Sequence record: MW394390.1
DNA: 64,000 nucleotides
Reading direction: 5' to 3' (one strand)
Origin: Klebsiella phage vB_KpM_FBKp34
Shown: positions 27,282-35,684 of the stretch, one piece after another
How the letters are laid out: every line of letters begins with the position of its first letter
Numbering within the stretch: position 1 is the stretch's first letter
Program-made: the position numbers and the translations under genes
The notes under the pieces: model-generated
What the model was told of the DNA's origin: nothing
Databases searched by the model: none
The model's input: only the letters and a program-made list of their open reading frames with translations

Positions 27282-28358
27282 ATGTCATATGGTAATCTAT
27301 TCAATAAAACACAAGCTGCTGAAAATGTTGCAAACAAAAACTCTACAACATTTACTCAACCTGTAAAATCTTTACCTATTTTAAAAGATGCAGAAGGCAA
27401 TACTTATGCAATGGAATTGAGTGAAATTCAAAATTTTGGTATTGTTAAAAATTCAAAACAATCTGAAATTAATAATCAAATCTTATCTAAAACTCTTGTT
27501 GCAGATAGTGGTGTAATGGCACAAGGCTTTACTCAAATTATGGCTCTATCTGAAAAAGTAGATATTGGTTCTTTAACTGATGGCAAAGTTGGTTTCTTAA
27601 AAAGTTTACGTAATAAGTTTATTGATCGTAAAGCTGAAGTGAAAGCTCAATTTACTACTGTGCGTAAACAAATTACAGATGTCGCAGCTAACCTTAAGAC
27701 GAAACTTATTGAAATGGAAGAAGAAGGTAAGTGGTTAGAATCTATGTATAAGGCAAACCTTGAAGAAGTTCGTATGTGGGAGCAAAATAAAATTCTTGTT
27801 AATGATGCACTTGAACAAGCTGAGAGTTACCTACAAAACTTAATTAATACAGATGCCTCCGTAGATCAAATCGAAGAAACTCGAATGAAAGTTAATGCAC
27901 TAAGTAAACAAGCAGATAAAGTAAATAAAATGCACCAACTGAGTGCTATTGCTGCACCAGAGATACGTATGATGCAAGTTACCAACTTCAATAATGTGAA
28001 TAAGTTCAATGATATTCTTGAGTTAACAATCCCATACTGGGAAAAGAAAATGTCCCTGGCATTAAACGCAGAAAATCAGCGACAACAAATTGCTCAAGCA
28101 AAAGTTATGGATGATTTTACTAACAACTTAATTCAAGAAACCGCTAAACAGGTAGGACAAAATATGGTAGATTCGGCTAAAGCAAATCAAAGAGGGATTG
28201 CTGATGTAGATATTATGGTAGAAGCTACTAATGTCATTATCAATTCTATAAAAGAAGTTGTAGAGATTGATAAGAATGGTAATAATGTACGTAAAGAAAA
28301 TGCCAAAAAGATTGAAAAATCTTTGGTAGATATGCAGGATGCATTACGTAGTGTATAA
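27282..28358 (+). CDS. TelA-like helical protein, paralog 2 (call by context)
   Basis: 358 aa, a size typical for TelA/KlaB; coiled-coil-rich; paralogous N-terminus MSYGNLFNK. Confidence 0.4.
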   Translation: MSYGNLFNKTQAAENVANKNSTTFTQPVKSLPILKDAEGNTYAMELSEIQNFGIVKNSKQSEINNQILSKTLVADSGVMAQGFTQIMALSEKVDIGSLTDGKVGFLKSLRNKFIDRKAEVKAQFTTVRKQITDVAANLKTKLIEMEEEGKWLESMYKANLEEVRMWEQNKILVNDALEQAESYLQNLINTDASVDQIEETRMKVNALSKQADKVNKMHQLSAIAAPEIRMMQVTNFNNVNKFNDILELTIPYWEKKMSLALNAENQRQQIAQAKVMDDFTNNLIQETAKQVGQNMVDSAKANQRGIADVDIMVEATNVIINSIKEVVEIDKNGNNVRKENAKKIEKSLVDMQDALRSV

Positions 28359-28374
28359 AATTTTATGTTGACTA

Positions 28375-28405
28375 AAAGGGGCTAATTGCCCCTTTACTAT
28401 TTTTA
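28375..28405 (+). terminator. rho-independent terminator
   Basis: AAAGGGGCTAATTGCCCCTTT hairpin followed by ACTATTTTT. Confidence 0.6.
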
Positions 28406-28422
28406 AAATATAAGGAGGACTT

Positions 28423-28932
28423 TTGCTAAAGAAACTGCCAATGATTTTGTTGACAGCGATACTAGCGCTTCAGAACGCTGCTGCGAGCACTTCAAGTAAA
28501 GATAAGCCATTACATACCTGTACTAAGAAAGATTCAACCACGCTCGTTTTGGCGTGCTCTATGTATGCTGAGGCACGTGGAGACGGTGAAAAAGGTATGT
28601 TGATGGTAGGTAATGTAATTTTAAACAGGAAAAATCATGAAGATTACCCCTCTAAAATCAAAAAAGTAGTTTATCAGAAGAATCAATTTTCATACTTAAC
28701 AGGAAGTCCTGTAAGAATTTATGAAAAAGACACCTGGAATAAAGCTAAAAACTTAGCTAAATTTTTGATTTTATTAGAGAATGAAGATCCTTCTCTGAGG
28801 GTATTGCACGACCGAACTAAAGGTGCTATCTTTTATGTCAAGAGAGGTACAAGAGTAGCTTGGTTAAAATCAATGAAAAAGGTTGCAAGCTATAAAGACC
28901 ATGATTTCTATGTTCCAAAATCAGATACATAA
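28423..28932 (+). CDS. SleB-like cell wall hydrolase (Hydrolase_2 family), secreted
   Basis: 169 aa; signal peptide MLKKLPMILLTAILALQNAAAS; LACSMYAEARGDG...VGNVILNR...YQKNQFS matches the SleB family; TTG start 5 nt after TAAGGAGG. Confidence 0.6.
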   Translation: MLKKLPMILLTAILALQNAAASTSSKDKPLHTCTKKDSTTLVLACSMYAEARGDGEKGMLMVGNVILNRKNHEDYPSKIKKVVYQKNQFSYLTGSPVRIYEKDTWNKAKNLAKFLILLENEDPSLRVLHDRTKGAIFYVKRGTRVAWLKSMKKVASYKDHDFYVPKSDT

Positions 28933-28944
28933 TGGAGATTAAAA

Positions 28945-29196
28945 ATGGCTGGTTATCACATTAAAGAAATTGAAAAACGTCGTTATGGATCATTAGGTAA
29001 GATTCAGGAGGAAGTAGAAGAACTTCTAGATGCACATCAACAAGGTAGCTACATTATGATGTTGGTAGAACTCTCTGATTTATACGGTGCTATTGAAGGT
29101 TTCATGGAAGAAAACTTTCCTGACATGAAGATTGCAGATCTTAAAAAGTTCTCAGATATCACAAAACGTGCGTTTAAAGAAGGTCATCGATCATGA
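28945..29196 (+). CDS. MazG/HisE-like all-alpha NTP pyrophosphohydrolase
   Basis: 83 aa; IQEEVEELLDAH...MMLVELSDLYGAIEGF matches the EExxE...E(L)xD(L) metal-binding helices of MazG/HisE. Confidence 0.45.
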   Translation: MAGYHIKEIEKRRYGSLGKIQEEVEELLDAHQQGSYIMMLVELSDLYGAIEGFMEENFPDMKIADLKKFSDITKRAFKEGHRS

Positions 29197-29783
29197 ACAT
29201 AAATCTTGACTTGATCCAAAAAGCTATTGATTGGTATAGCACAGATTGTGTTTTATCAAGCGTACCATACTTAGTGGACCAAGATATTATGAAGTGGACT
29301 TGTCCACCTGGTGTTGTAGATCGTAGAATGACACACTACAATGATAAACAATACGTTGCCAGTGCAGAACAATCTTTCCTTCAGCTAGAGAAAGATGGAG
29401 AGATAACAGATGGGATTAAACCGCTTATTGCATTGACGCCTTGTTATAGAGACGAACCAATTCTTGATGAGACTCATTTTAACATCTTTTTAAAATTAGA
29501 AATTTTTGATTATAACCCTAAAGGTCCAGTAGATTATTCAGTTTTCTGGGCTAAAAGAATGTCTCTATTTTTCCTAGAGTTTGATCTAAAAACAGACATC
29601 ATTCAAACAGATATTGGTTATGATGTGATGTACGGAGACTTAGAGTTAGGAAGTTTTGGAGAAAGAATCTCACCAAAAGGTATCCCTTACGTGTATGGTA
29701 CAGGTCTTGCAGAACCCAGGGCATCTTTAGCATTACAAAGAAATTCTAAAAAGTTGTTGCTTTCTGACTCAAGTGTGTCATAA
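29193..29783 (+). CDS. small class-II aminoacyl-tRNA-synthetase-like ligase core (AsnA/EpmA-like?)
   Basis: 196 aa; LTPCYRDEP resembles class II motif 2 (c-[FY]-R-[DN]-E) and VYGTGLAEPRASLAL resembles motif 3 (G-x-G-x-x-R). Confidence 0.3.
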   Translation: MNINLDLIQKAIDWYSTDCVLSSVPYLVDQDIMKWTCPPGVVDRRMTHYNDKQYVASAEQSFLQLEKDGEITDGIKPLIALTPCYRDEPILDETHFNIFLKLEIFDYNPKGPVDYSVFWAKRMSLFFLEFDLKTDIIQTDIGYDVMYGDLELGSFGERISPKGIPYVYGTGLAEPRASLALQRNSKKLLLSDSSVS

Positions 29784-29814
29784 TTAGCTCATCAAAACAT
29801 GAGAGGGCTTATTA

Positions 29815-30117
29815 ATGAAACGTACATTAGGTTTTCAAGCAGAAGATTTGATTTTCAAAAGTGAAGAATTCAATATCTTTAATGAGTTCACTACTGAAAT
29901 CTCTGCTACAAAGATATTTGAATACGCCAATGAGATTAAGAATAACTGTTCAGAAGATCAGTATGCGATAGCTTGGGCTTGTGCACTTAAAGGTGCTAGG
30001 GCTGGTCTTGATAATTGGGAAGAGGATGGTGCTCTAGGTGGTATTGAGGATTATATGGATGATGGAATCATAGCCGAACTCTATGACTTTTTCTTTACCT
30101 GTAATGGAGCAGCTTAA
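29815..30117 (+). CDS. hypothetical protein
   Basis: 100-aa ORF with RBS GAGAGGG. Confidence 0.45.
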   Translation: MKRTLGFQAEDLIFKSEEFNIFNEFTTEISATKIFEYANEIKNNCSEDQYAIAWACALKGARAGLDNWEEDGALGGIEDYMDDGIIAELYDFFFTCNGAA

Positions 30118-30119
30118 TA

Positions 30120-30395
30120 ATGAAATTATCAGATGCACAAATCTACACTTTACGTAGAATGAATTCTGGTACAAGATACTTCATGAGAGGTGATGGTCTC
30201 AAAGGTGAAGAAGATCGAAGTGTAAGATACTCCGTAGACAGGGTAAACTGTAAATCAATCCCTGTGCTCTATGAAAAAGGTCTAGTAGAATTTTGTAGTG
30301 ATTGTTTGAAACTTAAATCTAGTTGGTATAGTATAAGACTTTCATTACTAGGCAAAGAAATCTTACAAGATCTTAAAACATCTGGAGAAAAATAA
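30120..30395 (+). CDS. hypothetical protein
   Basis: 91-aa ORF. Confidence 0.45.
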   Translation: MKLSDAQIYTLRRMNSGTRYFMRGDGLKGEEDRSVRYSVDRVNCKSIPVLYEKGLVEFCSDCLKLKSSWYSIRLSLLGKEILQDLKTSGEK

Positions 30396-31045
30396 TGATT
30401 AAGCATATCTCTTTTGACGTATGGAATACTTTGATCACTGCAAATCCTTTATATAGTGAAATTCGTACTAAAATAATTGCAAAGTATGCAAATGTAACTG
30501 ATCGTGAAGCAGGTACAATGTATCGGAAAGTAAAGAAATATTTAGACCAAAACGCAGAAAAAGGTATTTGTAGTTTTACCTCGACTGCTTGGTATGTTTT
30601 AGGTAAAAATTTAAACATGGAACCAAAAGCAATTACTCAAATGCAACGCGAATGTGAAGAAGCTTTTCTTGCATTCTCACCACGTTTAAATGAAGATTTA
30701 GTTGACCAATTAATAAGCCTTGATGACAAGTATGAACTGAGTATTAAAAGCAATACTAACTTTATTTCAGGAAGGATCTTGTCTGAAGCTGTAGGCTTTG
30801 ATAGAATGCCATGGTGTAGTTTTATGCATTTCTCGGATGAACATCTGCTTTGTAAACCAGACATTTTATTCTTTGCTAAAACTCTGCTTTCTAGTAAGCT
30901 GTCTAACCTAGCAAACTACGAAATTTTGCACATTGGGGATAGTGAAGTTTTTGATGGAAAATGTGTTGACTTAGGATTTAAGTTCTGCCATATTAAAAAC
31001 CCTGAAGACCTTTTAAACAAACTCATTAATGGAGAAGTAATCTAA
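30395..31045 (+). CDS. HAD-superfamily hydrolase (haloacid-dehalogenase-like)
   Basis: 216 aa; motif I ISFDVWNTLI (compare FDxYGTL) and motif IV HIGDSEVFD. Confidence 0.5.
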   Translation: MIKHISFDVWNTLITANPLYSEIRTKIIAKYANVTDREAGTMYRKVKKYLDQNAEKGICSFTSTAWYVLGKNLNMEPKAITQMQRECEEAFLAFSPRLNEDLVDQLISLDDKYELSIKSNTNFISGRILSEAVGFDRMPWCSFMHFSDEHLLCKPDILFFAKTLLSSKLSNLANYEILHIGDSEVFDGKCVDLGFKFCHIKNPEDLLNKLINGEVI

Positions 31046-31869
31046 TGCGTAATGAAACTCAATTCTTTACTCACGCTTTTTCTGAACTGAAATCTGCACC
31101 ATTTTCACCTGAGAAATATTCTCGTTTGAAGTTTGGTAGTGATAAAGTAGCTAAAGAATTTGGTTATGATCTTGCAGACTCATTCTTCAAGCATTATGGT
31201 GATGATTTTATTGAACACAAAGGTGTAGTTATTCCATCACCTTATAATCAAGTTAAGAATGCTGCAACAATCATGTCTGAACATTTCATGGATCGTATGA
31301 ATGACCTGTTGGTTTCTCATGGTGGTTCAAATCTCGAATGGTCCGTCATTAATCGTAAAGTTTCTTATATTAACGACTATGGTTTCCTCGATAAAGAGAA
31401 GCGTAAAGCTTTGATTGATGGAGATGTGTTCCATTTGAACAAAGGTTTTCTTGAAGGTAAGAAACTCATTTTTATCGACGACGTCAATATCACTGGGACG
31501 CATGAAGACAAACTGATTGAAATCTTGGATCATAATGAAATTAAAAATGATGCATATTTCCTGTACTATGCTAAGTACACAAAAGGTGCAGTAGATGCTA
31601 ATATTGAAGCAGCATTGAACTTTGCCGGGATCCGTGATGCACGAGATTATGTTGCATTGACAGCAGAAAAGAACCACCATCTGATTGTGCGTCCTATTAA
31701 GTTTCTGATGAGCCGGGATCCTGCGGAATTTGAAAAAGTTATTAAAGACCTTGACATTGAGTTCATCCAGAAATTATACTATGGTTGCTTAAGTGAAGGT
31801 TATCATAAGATTAAAGAATATCAGATTAACTTTAAATTTCTGATGTGGTATCTTGGTAAAAATAAATAA
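31045..31869 (+). CDS. type-I phosphoribosyltransferase-like protein
   Basis: 274 aa; KKLIFIDDVNITGTH fits the PRPP-binding signature (hydrophobic-hydrophobic-D-D-hydrophobic-x-x-T-G). Confidence 0.5.
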   Translation: MRNETQFFTHAFSELKSAPFSPEKYSRLKFGSDKVAKEFGYDLADSFFKHYGDDFIEHKGVVIPSPYNQVKNAATIMSEHFMDRMNDLLVSHGGSNLEWSVINRKVSYINDYGFLDKEKRKALIDGDVFHLNKGFLEGKKLIFIDDVNITGTHEDKLIEILDHNEIKNDAYFLYYAKYTKGAVDANIEAALNFAGIRDARDYVALTAEKNHHLIVRPIKFLMSRDPAEFEKVIKDLDIEFIQKLYYGCLSEGYHKIKEYQINFKFLMWYLGKNK

Positions 31870-31878
31870 GGAGTCATT

Positions 31879-32298
31879 GTGAAATCATTAATTATCTCTC
31901 TGAAACAAATCCTGTCAGAATCAAAAGAAGAATTATCTACGGTAGGATTGCAACTGGCAAGTCTGGGAATGTTCATGGATTCTCTAAACTATGTTTACAA
32001 GAATAAGAACGGAACTACCTTTACTTACAAAGGAGAGGATAAACGTTTTCCAAAGGAACTTACCTGGAAAGATGCAGTAATTTTGCATAATACTGGTTTC
32101 TTTCTTATTGGTGATAAAGGATTTTACCAAGTTCCTCAAATGCATGTACATTATGTTAAGAGTTATACGTTTGATCTAAAAGAAGCTGTCAACTCTTCTC
32201 CTCTGGTTAAGATTTATCTTCAGTGGAACAAAAAGAAGAAACACTGGCAAACATCTACTAATCGTATTAAATTTAACGAGGAGTATTTCAATGGGTGA
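31879..32298 (+). CDS. hypothetical protein
   Basis: 139 aa; GTG start after AGGAG. Confidence 0.45.
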   Translation: MKSLIISLKQILSESKEELSTVGLQLASLGMFMDSLNYVYKNKNGTTFTYKGEDKRFPKELTWKDAVILHNTGFFLIGDKGFYQVPQMHVHYVKSYTFDLKEAVNSSPLVKIYLQWNKKKKHWQTSTNRIKFNEEYFNG

Positions 32299-32551
32299 AG
32301 TTATCAGTTTTGATTTCAAAGAAAAGAAAAAGATTGAAAAATATGTAATTACACCTTGGAAATGTCTTGTTTGCAAAATAGCTTTCCAGTATGATTCTCG
32401 CAAAGATAAAGAGAATATGCCAAGGATTATTCTTCGTGAAGGAACTAAGCAACGTTCTGAAGAAGCAATATGCAAGAATTGCTCCCTGGATATAAAAGCA
32501 ACTGCTGAAGATTGTAAGTGGAAATATGATGAGGAAGACAGCAATGACTGA
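32291..32551 (+). CDS. hypothetical zinc-ribbon protein
   Basis: 86 aa; CLVCK...CKNC. Confidence 0.45.
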   Translation: MGEVISFDFKEKKKIEKYVITPWKCLVCKIAFQYDSRKDKENMPRIILREGTKQRSEEAICKNCSLDIKATAEDCKWKYDEEDSND

Positions 32552-32963
32552 TATCACCGAACTGGCGCAGAGCCTGAAAGCGGCAGCAGATAGAGAGATG
32601 ATTTGCCGAGATGGCGCCGAAACTTCTGAAATCTGGGAAAGAACTGTAACGCCGGAAAACATCCTCGCGCTGGTAGAGGCGCTGGAGAAGGCACAGGCGG
32701 ACCACCGACTACACGCAGCGCGGTTAATCAGCGAAAAAGCTTTGTTGAATGAGCGCATCGCCGAGCTGGAGTCCCGCACCGTGACGCTGCCGAAACCTAA
32801 AGATTCTGACCCGGGTTGGAAAATTGATCCAGAATTTATCAGCAAAGTTCAGAACGCAATAGGGTACGATGACCAATGCGAATGTTGGGAGGGTACACCT
32901 TCCATGGAGGTAGTAGAGGCCGTTTTGCTGGCCGCCGCTGGCATCAAGGTGGAGGCTGAATGA
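32544..32963 (+). CDS. lambdoid-prophage-like protein (Ead/Ea22-like?) in a GC-rich island
   Basis: the ATG at 32544 (MTDITELAQSLKAAADRE...) follows GAGGA; about 57% GC against about 36% in flanks; enterobacterial-type codon usage. Confidence 0.45.
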   Translation: MTDITELAQSLKAAADREMICRDGAETSEIWERTVTPENILALVEALEKAQADHRLHAARLISEKALLNERIAELESRTVTLPKPKDSDPGWKIDPEFISKVQNAIGYDDQCECWEGTPSMEVVEAVLLAAAGIKVEAE

Positions 32964-33139
32964 TGGCAGAGCTTTGGAAAACATATCTCACTATCGCATT
33001 CATCGGCTTGGGAGCTACGCCGATAAGCATGGTAGCGGCAAAGATTGACGTACCTGTTTGGGCGCTTATTGCCGGGCACTGCGGCGCGATTATAGCAGGA
33101 TTTATTTGTGCAGAACTTGGAAAGGGGGACAACCAATGA
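32960..33139 (+). CDS. small membrane protein (59 aa) in the GC-rich island
   Basis: MMAELWKTYLTIAFIGLGATPISMVAAKIDVPVWALIAGHCGAIIAGFICAEL; ATGA overlap with the upstream stop and TGA/ATG overlap with the downstream gene; below the ORF-track cutoff. Confidence 0.4.
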   Translation: MMAELWKTYLTIAFIGLGATPISMVAAKIDVPVWALIAGHCGAIIAGFICAELGKGDNQ

Positions 33140-33552
33140 CCAAATCAACCATAACCAGAGATGAGCTTAACGAAGTGATTTCCACATACGGAAAGCATCA
33201 CATTGCTCATCGAATGGCTAATGCATTGTTGGCCGCAATGGACAGCGAGCCGGATTGTAATGAGCGACAGCTTTTCTGTTCAACCGATACAGCTAGGATG
33301 AGGAAGGCAATCTCTGTCTCTGCTGGGACCAAGGTTGCACCGATTTATCACCATACTAAGCCAGCACCGGTAGTGCCGGATAACAGAGCTATTACTGTGG
33401 TGTTAAAATATACATCAGAGCCAAACGCCTTTGCTCCATGGGTAGCAAAAGCTTTTTATCAGTTTCATAAAGATACAGTAGATTCTTGTGTAAAAGCTTT
33501 CTCTGAAGCGTGTAATGAATCTAATATAAAACTTGAGATCATTTATAAATGA
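33136..33552 (+). CDS. hypothetical protein spanning the island junction
   Basis: ATG at 33136 (MTKSTITRDELNEV...) after AAGGGGGA; GC content decays toward the phage-like level across this gene. Confidence 0.45.
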   Translation: MTKSTITRDELNEVISTYGKHHIAHRMANALLAAMDSEPDCNERQLFCSTDTARMRKAISVSAGTKVAPIYHHTKPAPVVPDNRAITVVLKYTSEPNAFAPWVAKAFYQFHKDTVDSCVKAFSEACNESNIKLEIIYK

Positions 33553-34055
33553 ATAACTTATCAAATACAGAATTATCAAATATTAAATGGTATGCAGGAG
33601 AGGCCATGTGCCATTCTGATCCTAATTATCAACAAGAATTCTATAACCTAGTCTACCCTGGGAATGTGTTGAGTTTAGTTACTGAATTACAGCAACTTAG
33701 GGAAGATAATAAAACACTAGAAGAAACAGTTGAGGAGTTGAAAAATATTTGTGCTGAATCTTATCAAGTAGTCGGTTATCTTGCATATAGATCGGGAGTG
33801 TTTGATGAACTTCGTGTTATAAAAGCCTTAGATAATCTATCCTCTCAAGAGATGCTACATAAAGATATTTTACCTTTTTCTTTAGATGAAGATATTATGG
33901 TAAATTTTGAACAACATAAATTACGTGAGTTAGTAGATCTTGTTTGGAATACTGCTACTGAAAGTACTGAAGTGCCAAGCACAAAATGGGCTGATGAATT
34001 AATTACTAAAGTTTTTGGAGTTTATAAAAATGACAACTACTCCCCTGTTAGCTAG
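33549..34055 (+). CDS. hypothetical protein
   Basis: 168-aa ORF. Confidence 0.45.
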   Translation: MNNLSNTELSNIKWYAGEAMCHSDPNYQQEFYNLVYPGNVLSLVTELQQLREDNKTLEETVEELKNICAESYQVVGYLAYRSGVFDELRVIKALDNLSSQEMLHKDILPFSLDEDIMVNFEQHKLRELVDLVWNTATESTEVPSTKWADELITKVFGVYKNDNYSPVS

Positions 34056-34677
34056 TCGGTTAAAAGGCTACAATAAAAATATTTTTGTTGTTCCTAACGC
34101 TTTACCTTTTGATGAAAGCCAGTTTACAATTAGTAGAGATAAAGACTTCAAAAGTCCTATTGTATGGGTTGGCGGTGCATCTCATTATCCAGATTTAAAA
34201 GAAATTAAAGGTTGTTCTTTTATCAAGCCGCCGACGCTTTGTGGCTATGAACCTAAACCAGGACTTACACATGAGGAGTGGTTAAAGATCAGGGATGATC
34301 ATCCGACAGCCACATATGAAAAAGGATTACAAGAGTCTAATTATATGGACTTGTACGATGGTCATAAAGTTAGCATTGCGCCTTTATTAAATTCTGACTT
34401 TAATGCTTGCAAATCTAACTTAAAAGTGTTAGAATCTGGAGCTAAAGGATTACCTATCGTCTGCTCTAAAGTAGAACCCTACTACAATTCTATTGATTCC
34501 AAATATGTTTTATATGCAGAAACAAAACATGAATGGGAAACACATGTAAATAATCTTATAAAATATGAAGCATACAATGAAGATGTAGGTAAAGCTTTGT
34601 CTGAACATGTAAGATTACAGTATAATTTAAAAGATATTAATATCTTAAGAAAACATATTATTGAATCATTTAATTAA
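34030..34677 (+). CDS. glycosyltransferase-like protein (GT-B C-terminal-domain-like)
   Basis: the ATG at 34030 follows GGAG; KVLESGAKGLPIVCSKVEPYYNSID resembles the GT1 C-terminal E-x7-E region. Confidence 0.3.
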   Translation: MTTTPLLASRLKGYNKNIFVVPNALPFDESQFTISRDKDFKSPIVWVGGASHYPDLKEIKGCSFIKPPTLCGYEPKPGLTHEEWLKIRDDHPTATYEKGLQESNYMDLYDGHKVSIAPLLNSDFNACKSNLKVLESGAKGLPIVCSKVEPYYNSIDSKYVLYAETKHEWETHVNNLIKYEAYNEDVGKALSEHVRLQYNLKDINILRKHIIESFN

Positions 34678-34713
34678 CATTGTCCATCCTTTGGGCATTT
34701 TACGGAAGGTGTT

Positions 34714-34965
34714 ATGAAAAATATTATCTCTTTGTGCGTCCCGTACAATACATCTACTTCACAGACATTTTATGTAGATGTTGAAATTGATTATCAACTC
34801 CCAGATTTAAATCAAAATGATTCTGACTGGGATTATTATGGATGTTTTGATATTGTAGACTATTCCTCTGATTATCCTGATGAAATAAATCTGAATAAAC
34901 TTAAGCAAATTTGTCGTGAATATATTCGTGAACTTGTTATCTCCCAAACATTATATTTAGAGTAG
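34714..34965 (+). CDS. hypothetical acidic protein
   Basis: 83-aa ORF. Confidence 0.4.
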   Translation: MKNIISLCVPYNTSTSQTFYVDVEIDYQLPDLNQNDSDWDYYGCFDIVDYSSDYPDEINLNKLKQICREYIRELVISQTLYLE

Positions 34966-34972
34966 GAGGCTC

Positions 34973-35671
34973 ATGAGTTTTATTAAGAAGTTATTTGATG
35001 TTGGAGTAAAAGATGTAGATTATCCCTTATATAAATGGCACTATGAGGGAAGTAAACAAATAATCGACTGGTGTTGTCCATACTACCTCTTATGGAAGGA
35101 ATTACTAAGGAGATGTTATTCCACTAAAGAGCATATTAGATACCCTACGTATGTAGAATGCGAAGTAAGCCCTATATGGTATAGTCTAAATAATTTCACA
35201 ACATGGGTTAAAGATCAAAAACAACATGACCTTTGGTTAAGTGAAAAAGGTAAATCACGCAAAGATAAGAAAATAAACTTTCATCTTGATAAAGATATTT
35301 TAAGTATAGGGAGCAAAATATATAGCCCAGAAACTTGCGTTTTCATTCCTAATTATTTGAATAGTCTTTTGTTAATACAAAAATCTCAAAGAAATGCATT
35401 TAGCTTAGGTGTTGGCTGGGATAAAAAGTTAAATAAATTTCGAGCGTATATTTCTATAGGAAGTACCTATAAATATTTAGGCCACTTTGACAAAGAAGTG
35501 GACGCCCATAAAGCTTGGCAAAAAGCTAAAGCACAAAATATCTTGAATGTAAAAAGTAATTATCAAAAAGAGGACTATTCAGACTTAAGAGTAGTTTTAA
35601 AATTACAAGAGATAGCAGAAAGACTGTTAACGGACTATTCCCTTGATATAGAAACTAAAACCTTAATATAA
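34973..35671 (+). CDS. homing-endonuclease-like protein (HNH_3-like + AP2), paralog of 10091-10753
   Basis: 232 aa; shared blocks WKELLRRCYS, YVECEVSPIWYSLNNFTTW, LDKDILSIGSKIYSPETCVFIPNYLN and the AP2-like KFRAYISIGSTYKYLGHFDKEVDAHKAWQKA. Confidence 0.55.
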   Translation: MSFIKKLFDVGVKDVDYPLYKWHYEGSKQIIDWCCPYYLLWKELLRRCYSTKEHIRYPTYVECEVSPIWYSLNNFTTWVKDQKQHDLWLSEKGKSRKDKKINFHLDKDILSIGSKIYSPETCVFIPNYLNSLLLIQKSQRNAFSLGVGWDKKLNKFRAYISIGSTYKYLGHFDKEVDAHKAWQKAKAQNILNVKSNYQKEDYSDLRVVLKLQEIAERLLTDYSLDIETKTLI

Positions 35672-35684
35672 TTTGTGAGGCAGA

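Noticed and set aside
32176-33148. Minus-strand ORFs (185, 122, 99, 86, 86, 62 aa) across the GC-rich island
   Set aside because: They are antisense to coherent plus-strand genes in a GC-rich segment. The translations are Cys/Ser/Arg-rich with no motifs.
33549-34677. Single frameshifted glycosyltransferase gene spanning 33549-34677
   Set aside because: The downstream part has its own GGAG-spaced ATG at 34030. The upstream 168-aa ORF shows no glycosyltransferase N-domain features, so these were kept as two genes.
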